Source of the DNA: Macrostomum lignano
Lineage: Eukaryota
Reading direction: 5' to 3'
Length of the DNA stretch: 49,842 bases
NCBI GenBank assembly: GCA_002269645.1
Contig: NIVC01004337.1
Span: 1-49,842, forward strand
The position numbers were made by a program, and so were the translations under genes. Positions within the stretch are counted from its first letter, which is position 1; the number at the start of each line of letters is the position of its first letter. Shown here in pieces: positions 12,773 to 23,949 of the stretch. The notes under the pieces are model-generated. The model worked only from the letters and a program-made list of their open reading frames with translations. It was not told the DNA's origin and made no database searches.

Positions 12773-13813
12773 TGTAGGTTAATCTCACAGATATTCGGTA
12801 CGGGATCGCAGCTTGGAAAGTGCTGGATTAGGCGGAGCTAGCTGTAAAAATCAAATCTGTTAACCTGCTCTCTAGAACGCTTCTCTGCCTTGCCAGAGCT
12901 TATCCTAAAAGAGGAAAGACTGTGTAGAGGTGGGGCAGTACCGGTTTCCAATAACAACGCAGAGCTTCTGCTGAGAGCTTAGAAGGGAGAGAGAGGCAAG
13001 AGATGGGGTTGGCTTTCGTGCATGGAATAAAATGGAATGAAGTGAACTAAAGCCGGGGACAGAAAACTAAAATGAACGCATTTGGAGTGCGTCGCCAAGT
13101 ACTCTAGGTGACAGGAAAGGGAGACTCAAGCCTCTGCTATATAGGTGAAGAGGTATCATCTGTACACCGCCTATTGTATTTGGTTTGCAGGGAAGAAAAA
13201 TGTACTCATTTTTGTATTTTCTGGATTGCAATATACTGTCATAGGGTGTGTTCTTTCTTTTTATTTTTGCAGTAGCCATCTTTTCGCCTGACCGATCTAT
13301 AACGAGTGCAGAGCGCAATTATTTATAACATGAAGGTTCTGCGCATAGTGAATGAGGGCATCGATCTGGATGTATAGCTGGTTCCTAAATTATGCTTAAA
13401 TTTTTGCATGCTTGTAAATACGAGCTAACTTAAGTGCAACTTTTGTACGGTAATTATGCGCAGTTTGTGTTCGCTTGAGACCAACTGCAGAAACACCAAC
13501 TCTGATCTAGGTATTTTTTAGTTTACTTCATGTAGCTTGTCTAGCCAGCTGAACCGCATGGGTATAATCTTTTTGTGGCTTTATTCGCGACTTTCTAACA
13601 ACAGAATCACCTTTCCGGACCAATTGATATACCTTTTAAAGTCTAATCGAGACATTCCATCACAGAAAGACCACACACATGTTGGCAATAACATGCACAC
13701 GTACAGTACATACATAATCCAAGGCTAGCTTTGTCTATTAAGTGCAATATTTGATTTGGATAAAGTATACATGTATTGCGTGCACATGTACGCAAATAAA
13801 ATACAAGTATGTA

Positions 13814-14638
13814 CCGGTGTGACGTTGCTAGTTTAAAGTGGTCCCGCAAAAGGGCCGTTGGACTACAATTTTCCTTACAATTTCTCATTTCAAATTTCCA
13901 ATTGTGTTCTCACGTTTACTTGTAGTAGCGCGCAACTAATCTGTATCAATTGCTAAATCACTGCGTACTTTGTAAGCTTTGCGTACGCCTGTAGAGTCAC
14001 GCGCGATCAATAATTTCCGTTTCTTGTTTTTCCCTCGCCAGCCAATGAAAACTCTCCGCATATATTATGTTAACCCTCCTGCGCTCCTTTATTAACCCCG
14101 CCTGGCGGCGGGCTGAAGTTTTTTCACTCCTTTCGCTCCTTCGCTCTTTCGCTCTCTCGTTCTCTCGTCCTCGTGCCTCCTTATCTCTCGCCACGGCTCC
14201 ACTCTGTCTGGGCCAGACTGTCTACGCACTCTTGCTCCACTGTGTACTGCCACGGGCCGACGCCCAATCTCGCCACTTTGTCTGTTTGCCTACTTGTTAC
14301 TCACTGCCATCACTGTGCTCACAGCCATCACTTGCTACTCAGCTCCATCCCAATTATCATCTAGTCAACTTTCATCTATACAACTAGATTACATCAACCC
14401 GTTGTTGCAGCCGCCAGTGCCCCATAACGTCATAAGCTTCTGTATTAATATTAAACATTGATAATTATAAACCAGTTGGCGTCTTTTGTTATCTACCGCC
14501 ATTGCCAAGTGCTACCGCTACAAAATCTACTCTGCCATTGTTAAGTTCACCATCCTTTTGGGACTAATACGTCAGTACTCTCGTCAAACGGCCCTTTTGA
14601 GGGCTATAGCCACTACTACGCCAATAACGTGACACCGG
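13814..14638. mobile_element. Possible old MITE bounded by imperfect ~50-bp inverted repeats
   Basis: CCGGTGTGACGTTG...AAAAGGGCCGTTGGAC (13814-13863) versus GTCAAACGGCCCTTTTG...AACGTGACACCGG (14583-14638). No TSD found. Confidence 0.35.
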
Positions 14639-16396
14639 CCTTTAGGTTTCCCAAAACGTATTATCCAGGCGACGTAAATGCAGTATACGCGAGTCTGCGA
14701 AAACTTTTGTGAACGTAATTACATATATTTACATGTATAAAATGATAACGCGTGTATAAAATGAACGTGACAGCACATGTACAACAGTACATAAACAAGC
14801 AGTTATATAACGTCTTTGTGCATGGTTTGGTAAATTAATATTTCAATTTCAAACCTTGCACGTGTACATATATTTATGTACATTTACACGAAAAAAAGCA
14901 CATTGCTTCACGTAGGATTGTGATGTGAGAAAATACATAATAAATTCTCACAATGAATATACATATGCATGCAGTTCAGTAAGTCCGTAATACGGAAAGG
15001 TTCTAAAAATAGGTCAGCTGGCCCTAAAATTTAAAACAGAATGGTCGAATTGGTGTTCGAGCACTCAATGAGCCCGCCTAATGATTAGCCGTATTATTAT
15101 TATACGAAGAAAAATGTCCTTAAAGTTCAATCAACAAATTATTTATTTTACACACAAATATTAACTCGAATATACGCACATATAAAAACAATACATAACA
15201 GACAGCATATATTACATGTGTATGCACGAAACGAAGTGATGCACGCAATAACCTGCTATAAGTAAATAAATTAAAATAAAAAGTTAAGTTAAACGAATTT
15301 TGCCTCTGATTCTAAGCGTAATTCTATAATACTTGACGGACATGACTGCGTTTCGATTGTTTAAATCACATAAAAATTTAAGTAAAAAATAACTGCTGCC
15401 GCATTCAGCGCACAATCGATCTTGCAACGAACACAGTCCGACTATTACCAGCTCTGCCCTTTAGGCCGTATAATAGATATTTATTGTGGATATATCTTCT
15501 AAATATAGTTAAAATATTTTCGGTAGGCCCTATTGCTGTATTCCCTTTTGGTGCCAAATATTTCTCGACTGCCGAAAAAAGCTAGGCCTATGCCAAAAAG
15601 TTTTAATTTTTTGTAAAAAAGTTTTTTTGGCAAACAAGCAGAAATGATTACAGTGTCTAATACTAATGCCTAATTACTAAAATACAAAAAGTTTTATAAC
15701 TTTATTACTTCACTAATTTTCAAAAGTAGTGGCCTAGGCTAGGCCTAAGTCTAGGCCCTAATAAGATGTCAGATTTTTATTGAGGCAAAACTCCAAAAGA
15801 GATTTATTTTATAATTTTTGAATTAGTAATTAAATGGAATTAAAGACAAAAAATGGGCCTAGCTACTAAAAATTAATATTTAATATATAATTCTGTTACA
15901 GATAGGTTTTAAAAATTTATTATATCCTTATTTCATGAGCATGCTGTAAGATGATAAGGCCTAGGGCTAGGCCTAGCCCTAAGCATAGCCATATGCCTAG
16001 GCTAGGCCCTATAGCCATAGGCCTATCTTAAATTTTCCTAATATTATTCCTTATATTTATAGCCTTAGCCTATATATATGATGCAATCTATATCCATGAC
16101 CATATATAAATTTATAGCTAGCCTAATTGTGGTAAAGGTTTTTCTTCTATCTCTACAAATGATTCCACAGCTGTTACTAAAGTTGTAACAGGGCTTTTAT
16201 CTCCTACTTTATCAATTTTAATCCCACTAAATGCCACCAAAGTTGAAACAGTGGTGTTCCTGTATGATACAAAATCCATGTATTGGTTTCCCGACAGACA
16301 TTCAGACAGACATTCAGACAGACATTCAGAAATCGTTCATTAAATGTTTAACAAAATTGTCTATTTATTACGCAAGATACTGTGAATTTATAGAAA

Positions 16397-16677
16397 CTTT
16401 TACGCATGTCTCTGCTTTAAAAAGACACCTCAGACACACACAAAGATGCTTCACAAGCTGAGATATTCCCTAGCAACTGTTGTTACGACGTTTCCCAATA
16501 TACCGAATACTGTATATAGTAGTTTTTTGAGAAGCCGCTACATTGTCCCACTTTGGTCTTTCTGCATGAAATTTGCACAGCTGTTTTACGCATGTCTCTG
16601 CTTTAAAAAGACACCTCAGACACACACAAAGACGCTTCACAAGCTGAGATATTCCCTAGCAACTGTTTTTACGACAT
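16397..16677. repeat. Left-TIR subterminal 186-bp repeat, ~1.5 copies
   Basis: TACGCATGTC recurs at 16401 and 16587. Reverse complement of the array at 21159-21797. Confidence 0.9.
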
Positions 16678-18494
16678 TTTGATGAGGATGCACTTTTTCC
16701 CAAATCCCGCGCTAGCACATGGGCTCTAAACTTACTAGCCTACTGACAGCAGGCTAAGGGAATTTTTATTCTCTTTTATCTTTTATCGAGATAGCAAATT
16801 TGTCGAACGACTACCAGAATAAAGTAAGACCTGACTCTCAAAATGGCAAAGAAAGTTTGCGACTAAATTATGACTGGAAAGTATCAGGTATCACTTTAAG
16901 AAATTGATCCGCCTACCGCAGAAGCAAATGAGTCTCAAACCGATTCGCAATTGACAACTCCGACAAGGGTAAGCGAAATCGCCCACCGAACAACTGCAGA
17001 ACATGCAAACGCCAAAGACAGGCGCCAAACGTCGGAAAAGTGATCACTTTGCTAAACAGTGCACATTAGTAAAATCAAACAGAATTAATGTTATCGACTC
17101 AGACGATGGGGTAATCCCGTCAGCAACTGAGAATCAAACTACAGAAAATAAGCATCAAAACATTTTGTGCAACGAAACATAAAACACCCCATAAATATCA
17201 CGTCAGACTTGATCCGCGATAACTGAATTGTCCCTTTCTTTATTCAACACAGTCAGCATTTTATGCCTCAAGTCTGGCGCAATCGGAGCAAACATTTGCC
17301 GTGCTTTTCCAGCTGTTCCAACAGATTTTGTGGTACCAAAAGAGGCAGGAGGGGCATTCAATCTAAAATGATGCAGAAAAGGTCTTGCAAGCTGGTTGAA
17401 TCCCTTACTGTTGTACATGTACATGTAAAATGCATGGGTATTTTACATCGCATTAATTTACCCATTCGATTCGCTTCCTTCGGCCAGCGGGCTCCTCCAA
17501 GCCACAGAACCTGCAAATGGGTTGCTCAGTTTCTTCCATGAAATTAATCACAGTATTTTTAATGTGCTGGCAAGCGGCGCTCAATTTCTGCGCAGTGAAT
17601 GCAGACAACACAGTGCACTTATCAAGAAACAAATTGCGGCCAAATAAGCAGGTCAGAACGCCACATGAAAACGTATCTTTTTGCTGGGTGCACATTCTTA
17701 CTACACTTCTAAACTTTCTACCCCTAAGGTGCTCCATCTGCTCAGGGAGAAACGTAGAAGCAGCTGAAGAAGCAAGGAGCTCACTAAAATTAGAAAATGG
17801 CACGTAAGTTCAGTTAATATGCCTTGCAAATTTCAAAGCCCCCCTTCTCGTGTACATTTTACCTACTTCAATTTGGCAGTATAGTTCAATGCCAGTTGCT
17901 TTCTTCTGTCACTCTGACGTATGGAGTCCAGATAGTGCACTGTAAGATCGTCGAAGAAGACAGCCAAAAGCCAAAAATGGCTTTGCGTAAGCATCGGGAC
18001 CAGAATTTTCTTCACTGTCTAAAATTTTTTATAATTAATTCTTCAGAATTATAGAATTGTTGCAGGATTGTTCCACCTCTGCATGTGGATATCAACTATA
18101 CTCGTAGCAATGGTCAATGGTGAAACCAACATCAGATTAAAAGTTAAAATTTCACATTATGCTTACTGCTTGACCAAGGAAATAGTTCCGAAGAGATTCA
18201 ATGTGCTGAGAGCCTTTGCTACCACCGTCTAGCAAGGAAAGAAAATCGCTCTGCTGCATAGCAACTCCATCTGCTCCGCTAGCAATTGCAGCCAAGTAGC
18301 CGTACACAACCTGATAATATTTTTAATACCTTCTACACATTAAATTACGTACATACCGTAATGCTATGACGCAAAGCACTTCCTACAAATTTCTTACCGC
18401 ATAGTCCAGCCAGTTCGTACCATTGAGTGACGCTAATTGCTCTTCTGAAATTGGCGTTCCTCTTACATCTCGTAGAGCCAAAATTTTTGAGCTG

Positions 18495-18872
18495 GGCGGT
18501 TGCTGAGAGTCGCGTGGCAGTTGCTGAGAGTCGCATGGCGGTTGCTGAGAGTCGCGTGGCAGTTGCTGAGAGTCGCGTGGCGGTTGCTGAGAGTCGCGTG
18601 GCAGTTGCTGAGGGTCGCGTGGCGGTTGCTGAGAGTCGCGTGGCGGTTGTTGAGAGTTGCGTGGCGGTTGCTGAGACTCGCGTGGCGGTTGCTGAGAGTC
18701 GCGTGGCGGTTGCTGAGACTCGCGTGGCGGTTGCTGAGAGTCGCGTGGCAGTTGCTGAGAGTCGCGTGGCGGTTGCTGAGAGTCGCGTGGCGGTTGCTGA
18801 GAGTCGCGTGGCGGTTGCTGAGACTCGCGTGGCGGTTGCTGAGAGTCGCGTGGCAGTTGCTGAGAGTCGAGT
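18495..18872 (-). repeat. 21-bp coding minisatellite, 18 copies, encoding (D/E)SQQ(P/L)PR
   Basis: Unit GGCGGTTGCTGAGAGTCGCGT on +. In frame between the transposase ESWF motif and the Ulp1 domain in ORF 18383-19195. Confidence 0.95.
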
Positions 18873-19457
18873 GGCAATTTTGGAAACTCACAGGGGGGAG
18901 GCTGTGACTTTGTTCGTGGTGTCTGCCTATTGTTTGAGTATCTACATCGTTTTTTGCCCCAGCTTTCTTCAGCCCCATCAGCTGTCTCCGCCGCGGCCTT
19001 CCTTTTTCGTTGGCAAAATCGTGGTGGAGCAACTTGCTGAAGTAATTTCGCCTCCTTTATCCTTTCATGACAGAAACTTGCGGTTAATTTCGAGAACTCT
19101 GCGACAGAGACGGGTAGCTGAAATTTGGATTTTATTCTCTTAAACCAGCTCTCAATGTGAGCATTTGAAAAAGGAGACTTCACGCGGCTTTCCAAGAATT
19201 CATGGTTCTAGACGCAGGCAGCCCATAAGGGAAAGTAGGAGAGGTATCGGATGACAAACATTTCGACTATTTCCGGTGAATGCAATTCGTTATCGATAGC
19301 AACTTCCTCCACTTCCACAGTGCTATTAGCGATTGATGTCCTCCATGCATTAAAGTACTCATAAAAGGGCGATCGTTTGTATAATGAACTATTCGTTTCG
19401 TCCTCATTAGTACTGTCATTGTCTTCGTGATCTCCTTCCTCTGACTGTCCGTCTGAG

Positions 19458-19736
19458 CCCTATTGCAGCGCATGGCTTAAGTACGCCAGACGCCTACACA
19501 ACCTGCGCCACGCTGTGAAATGACTTACCTATGAAAGAAACTCTAAAGCAAAATTAACGCAGTTTTGGGTAAACGGCAGGAGTAACTATGACTGTCTTAT
19601 CAAGCCTAAATGCCTCGGCATCTAATTAGTACCGCGCCGCGCCGTACTAATCGCCGCGCGCCGTACGCGCCGCGCCGCGCCGTATTAGATCCGCGCCGGA
19701 CGCCGTCCGCCAAAATGCCCATGCGCTGCAATCAGG
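19458..19736. mobile_element. 279-bp MITE nested in the MULE transposase gene, 8-bp TSD CGTCTGAG
   Basis: Inverted ATTGCAGCGCATGG (19462-19475 / 19719-19732). CGTCTGAG at 19450-19457 and 19737-19744. Excision restores the transposase frame (...GTNSD|GQSEEGD...). Confidence 0.9.
19567..19630 (+). pseudogene. 64-bp fragment of eukaryotic 28S rDNA spanning the R2 / I-PpoI target region
   Basis: GGGTAAACGGCAGGAGTAACTATGACTGTCTTATCAAGCCTAAATGCCTCGGCATCTAATTAGT against the conserved 28S GGGTAAACGGCGGGAGTAACTATGACTCTCTTAAGGTAGCCAAATGCCTCGTCATCTAATTAGT (recalled from memory): about 57 of 64 positions match in a manual alignment. Confidence 0.9.
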
Positions 19737-21158
19737 CGTCTGAGTTGGTCCCTTGCTCATCATCTTTGCTGTTATAGGGTTTGGACATTATACGCTGGCA
19801 TACTTTCGTAGACTTTGTCAAAAAAAAAATGTTCATTGCATCCCGAATTGTTGACTTAACTTCTTCTACAACCTTAATAGTCATAACTCTGTAGAAGTAT
19901 CTCAAAAAAGTGTCCCTGATTCGCTTTGAATACTTCTTCTGCTTTAGATACCGGCTTACTGAATGCATTAGATGATTTGTACAGAGCATTACCCCGTAAC
20001 TGTGACAGAAGTGTTGGCTTTTTCGGAAATAGTAATATTGCATATTTAAATACGTCTCCAAATCGCATTGGTGGAATTCAAAGCAGCTATGTATCAGTGC
20101 CCAGGAAAAGTCTGTCACCTATAGGATTGGTACGTAGGCTTGCCTAAACCGTGACATCATGTTGACGATATGATGGCGCAGAACACGCAAGAAATGTGCT
20201 ATTGATGCGACAGAATGTCCGTTTGTAATGCAGTCTGCTATTGAGACAGATTTCACGCGGTTGGTAGCTGTTGTTACAATAGAGTACAGGAATACGCGTC
20301 CGATATAATCCGCTTTTTTAATTATCGATCCGGTGGCGTTAATATGAAGAACATTAAGCTCATTTTCCTGTATTAGGTCAATTAAATATTGCAGTTGGTA
20401 ACCAGAGTACAAAACGACACGCAGCGGATCTATTAAAAATTTAATAGAAAAAATTACATGTATGCATGTAATTACATGCACAACATGCATCAAAAATGAG
20501 CAGAGCAATAAGCATGAATAAAGCACAAATTTATGTGGTTGCACAAAAATGGCGCACTGGTAGTCAGACACGAAGCCTGCGGAAAATCAGCCTTCAAAAA
20601 TTTTTCCGTAGTTCGTGAGTGCCGAGTCCTTCTTCTCGCACTACAGTGGTCCTTGCCTATATAGCCATTCGTAGACGTCAGTCTCTCACAAAGCCAAAAA
20701 AAATTCTTACTTCTTCCTTGGTAGGGAAACTCATTGAGATGGTGACCAGGAACAAAGCCAAAATGCATATTGACAACCTCATGCCGAAAAAAAACTGTCA
20801 GATGAATTAAGTACCAAAATATGCTAGTGCTTATTGTACTCTTGCCAATATAAGATAGAGATATTGTAGTCAGCAGAGACAATTCATCCATATTGTCAAA
20901 ATGAGCTTGTTAGTGAGAAAGATTATATACCAAAACAGGGTGCAGGCATATTCTGTGTTAGGCCTCTTGCGTAATGTACATGGCAAAATGACAACGAATG
21001 TACATAAAGAAAAACTGCCTCCTATACAGTGTTAATATTGCTGATAGATCTGCCTAAAGTAAAGTGCTTCAGATCGGTAGAAGGCAAATACAAGTATAAC
21101 GTACATTCCATGCCGGTGTCCAAATGCAAGTTAGATATGAGCATGCCTTCAGGCAACC

Positions 21159-21797
21159 GTTGCTAGGGAATATCTCAGCTTGTGAAGTGTCTTTGTGTGT
21201 GTCTGAGGTGTCTTTTTAAAGCAGAGACATGCCTAAAACAGCTGTGCAAATTTCATGCAGAAAGACCAAAGTGGGACGATGTAGTGGCTTCTCAAAAAAC
21301 TACTATATACAGTATTCGGTATATTGGGAAACGTCGTAACAACAGTTGCTAGGGAATATCTCAGCTTGTGAAGCGTCTTTGTGTGTGTCTGAGGTGTCTT
21401 TTTAAAGCAGAGACATGCGTAAAACAGCTGTGCAAATTTCATGCAGAAAGACCAAAGTGGGACGATGTAGCGGCTTCTCAAAAAACTACTATATACAGTA
21501 TTCGGTATATTGGGAAACGTCGTAACAACAGTTGCTAGGGAATATCTCAGCTTGTGAAGCGTCTTTGTGTGTGTCTGAGGTGTCTTTTTAAAGCAGAGAC
21601 ATGCGTAAAACAGCTGTGCAAATTTCATGCAGAAAGACCAAAGTGGGACAATGTAGCGGCTTCTCAAAAAACTACTATATACAGTATTCGGTATATTGGG
21701 AAACGTCGTAACAACAGTTGCTAGGGAATATCTCAGCTTGTGAAGCGTCTTTGTGTGTGTCTGAGGTGTCTTTTTAAAGCAGAGACATGCGTAAAAG
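21159..21797. repeat. Right-TIR subterminal 186-bp repeat, ~3.4 copies
   Basis: GCAGAGACAT at 21221, 21407, 21593 and 21779 (period 186). Copies are nearly identical. Confidence 0.95.
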
Positions 21798-22428
21798 TTT
21801 CTATAAATTCACAGTATCTTGCGTAATAAATAGACAATTTTGTTAAACATTTAATGAACGATTTCTGAATGTCTGTCTGAATGTCTGTCTGAATGTCTGT
21901 CGGGAAACCAATACATCAAAATCCCATTGTTATGCCACCAAAGTTGTCGTGGGGGTTACTTCCTTCTTAATAATATCCCACCTTGTGTTACCAAGCTGTT
22001 ACAGGCATGTTTTCTCTTACTGAAATTATCCCACCGTTATGTCACCAAGCTGTGCTAGGGCTAACTTCTTATACTAATCTTTAAGTATTCTTGTTAAGTT
22101 GGTAGCTGCCACCAGGATTATCCTATTAATAAATTATGTTTATCAATCTTAGAATAATCCAAGAAACATTTCTTAGAATTGATCTGAGTATATATCTTAG
22201 TATTTAGTCTGAGTATTTATCTAAGTATATTGTTCTTAGAATATTATTTAGCCCTTATAATTGTTATTGTTCTCCTATTATTCCAGTAGCATTTACTATT
22301 GTTCTAGTAGCATTTATTATTATTCTGGCCTGAGTAGTCTATTGGCTATACTGGTATATGTATTTCATGTACTTTGCAAGTCCTTGGGCGTTACCAAAAT
22401 CAGAAGGTCATAGCCTCCGGTTATTTTT

Positions 22429-23949
22429 GGGTGCCAAGCAATTTGACTGCCGACAAAATGACTGTGAACAAAATGACTGCGGACAAAATGACTGCCGACA
22501 ATTTGACTGCTGACAAAATGACTGCTGACAAAATGACTGCCGACAATTTGACTGCCGACAAAATGACTGCCAACAAAATTACTGCAGAAATTTGACTGCC
22601 GACAATATGACTGCGGCAATTTGACTGCCAACAAAATGACTGCAGCAATTTGACTGCCAGCAAAATGACTGCAGCAATTTGACTGCCGAGCAATTTGACT
22701 GCCAGCTAAATGACTGCCGGAAAAATGATGCTCCTAAAGTTTAGCACTCTGTCAACCCTTTTAAGTCTATGCATATAGTGAAATATTGTATTTACGAGCT
22801 AGAATGATGCAGAACAGAACACATAACTTTTATACAACAAGCTGTAACAGCTGTTGAAACCCGCGGATTTTGAACAGTGGGAAATGGGAATTCCAAATTT
22901 TGCATATATTCTAAAATCTGAAGTTAAACTCAAGCAAAAACTTTTATTATTAGAGTTAAACATAACATAGATTACATTCGTGTAAAAGTAGGATTGGAGG
23001 CAAACTATTGATATTGTTGGCTGGGGTGCGGCGCAGAATGTCAGAAAAACTCTGGCCTCTACTTCTGCCTCTCGATCCCTATGTTCCTTGCATCCTTTGA
23101 ACCTTCTATCTTCTCTTCTGTTTTCTCACTTCTCTTTTGTCTCTTCTCTCTTGTCTCTGCTCTCTCATTTCCCCTCTCTCATCTGTTATCTTTATTCTCT
23201 TATACTGGTATGTTCTCTCACCTCTCTCCTCTGTACTCTTCTCTTTCCCCTCTTTTGACTCCTCTCTTTCCTTAGTCCTCTTCTTTTCCTTCTTCTATAC
23301 TCTCTCCCCTTTATTCACTTCTCTCGTCTCTCTGTACTCTGCTCTCTCCGCCTTCATCTCTCATCTCTCTCTCTTTTGCATAACAAGAATGCGCCTAGCA
23401 AGTTTTTCAAATTCATTTGTCAATATAAAGCTGTGCACAACTAGGCTAGGCTTTTGGTTTTGGTATTTGTTTGGGGTTTGGAGTCAAATAATAAAAGGAG
23501 AGGGTGATCAGTGGAGCCCACAAGTTTAGGTGGCAAGCAAACTCATAAAACTCCATTGAGAGAGAGAGAGATAGAGAGAGAGAGGCAAACATTGAGGGAC
23601 TGGGGGAGAGAAGAGGAGGAGTGGCCTCTTGTTTTCTATATTGTCAGTAGTCATTTTGCTGGCAGTCAAATTGCCGCAGTCATATTGTCGGCAGTCAAAT
23701 TGCCGCAGTCATATTGTTGGCAATCAAATTTCCGCAGTCATTTTGTCGGCAGTCATTTTGTTGGCAGTCATTTTGTTGGCAGTCATTTTGTCAGCAGTCA
23801 TTTTGTCGGCAGTCAAATTGTCGGCAGTCATTTTGTCCGCAGTCATTTTGTTCGCAGTCATTTTGTCGGCAGTCAAATTGCTCGGCAGTCAAATTGTCCG
23901 CAGTCAAATTGACCGCAGTCAAATTGTGGCAGTCAATTGTCGTAGACCC
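22429..23949. mobile_element. Non-autonomous foldback element with inverted arms of 15-bp tandem repeats (MULE-like by 9-bp TSD)
   Basis: Left arm (~22435-22730) is (CAAAATGACTGCCGA/CAATTTGACTGCCGA)n and the right arm (~23650-23940) is its reverse complement. Ends GGGT...ACCC. Flanks GTTATTTTT (22420-22428) and ATTATTTTT (23950-23958), 8/9 identical. Interior has CT-rich and GA-rich tracts and no transposase motifs. Confidence 0.8.

Larger units (their letters stand above)
17453..20571 (-). pseudogene. Decayed MULE transposase fused to a Ulp1-type (peptidase C48) protease, with a possible C-terminal PHD-like finger
   Basis: LHINATGS (D>N of DATG), VTDFSWAL, CTNH (CxxH), SPFYEYF...YFPLWA and SNAHIESWFK lie in one frame once the 19458-19736 MITE is removed. 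TAG stops at 20119-20121 and 19208-19210. Spliced Ulp1 exons: WLDYA|VVYGYL (intron 18311-18397), exon 18167-18310, exon from 18018 with VPMLTQSHFWLL...YLDS, then QQKDTFSCG. One further frameshift after YLDS. Confidence 0.85.
16278..21916 (-). mobile_element. Mutator-like (MULE) / Foldback NOF-type DNA transposon, 5639 bp, long repeat-containing TIRs, 8-bp TSD CAAAATCC
   Basis: Termini ATGTATTGGTTTCCCGACAGACATTC...GAATGTCTGTCGGGAAACCAATACAT. CAAAATCC occurs at 16270-16277 and 21917-21924. TIRs are ~400 bp (left) and ~760 bp (right). The interior carries MULE transposase motifs. Confidence 0.92.

Noticed and set aside
18427-19143. Plus-strand (VAVAESR)n ORF and the other frames over the 21-bp array
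   Set aside because: These are alternative readings of a stop-free repeat; only the minus frame links to recognisable domains.
19567-19630. Functional rRNA gene
   Set aside because: Only ~64 bp of 28S similarity, embedded in a MITE, with no flanking rDNA.
21233-21667. 144-aa repeat protein (and 16446-16682)
   Set aside because: Translation of the 186-bp TIR unit; no domain signal.
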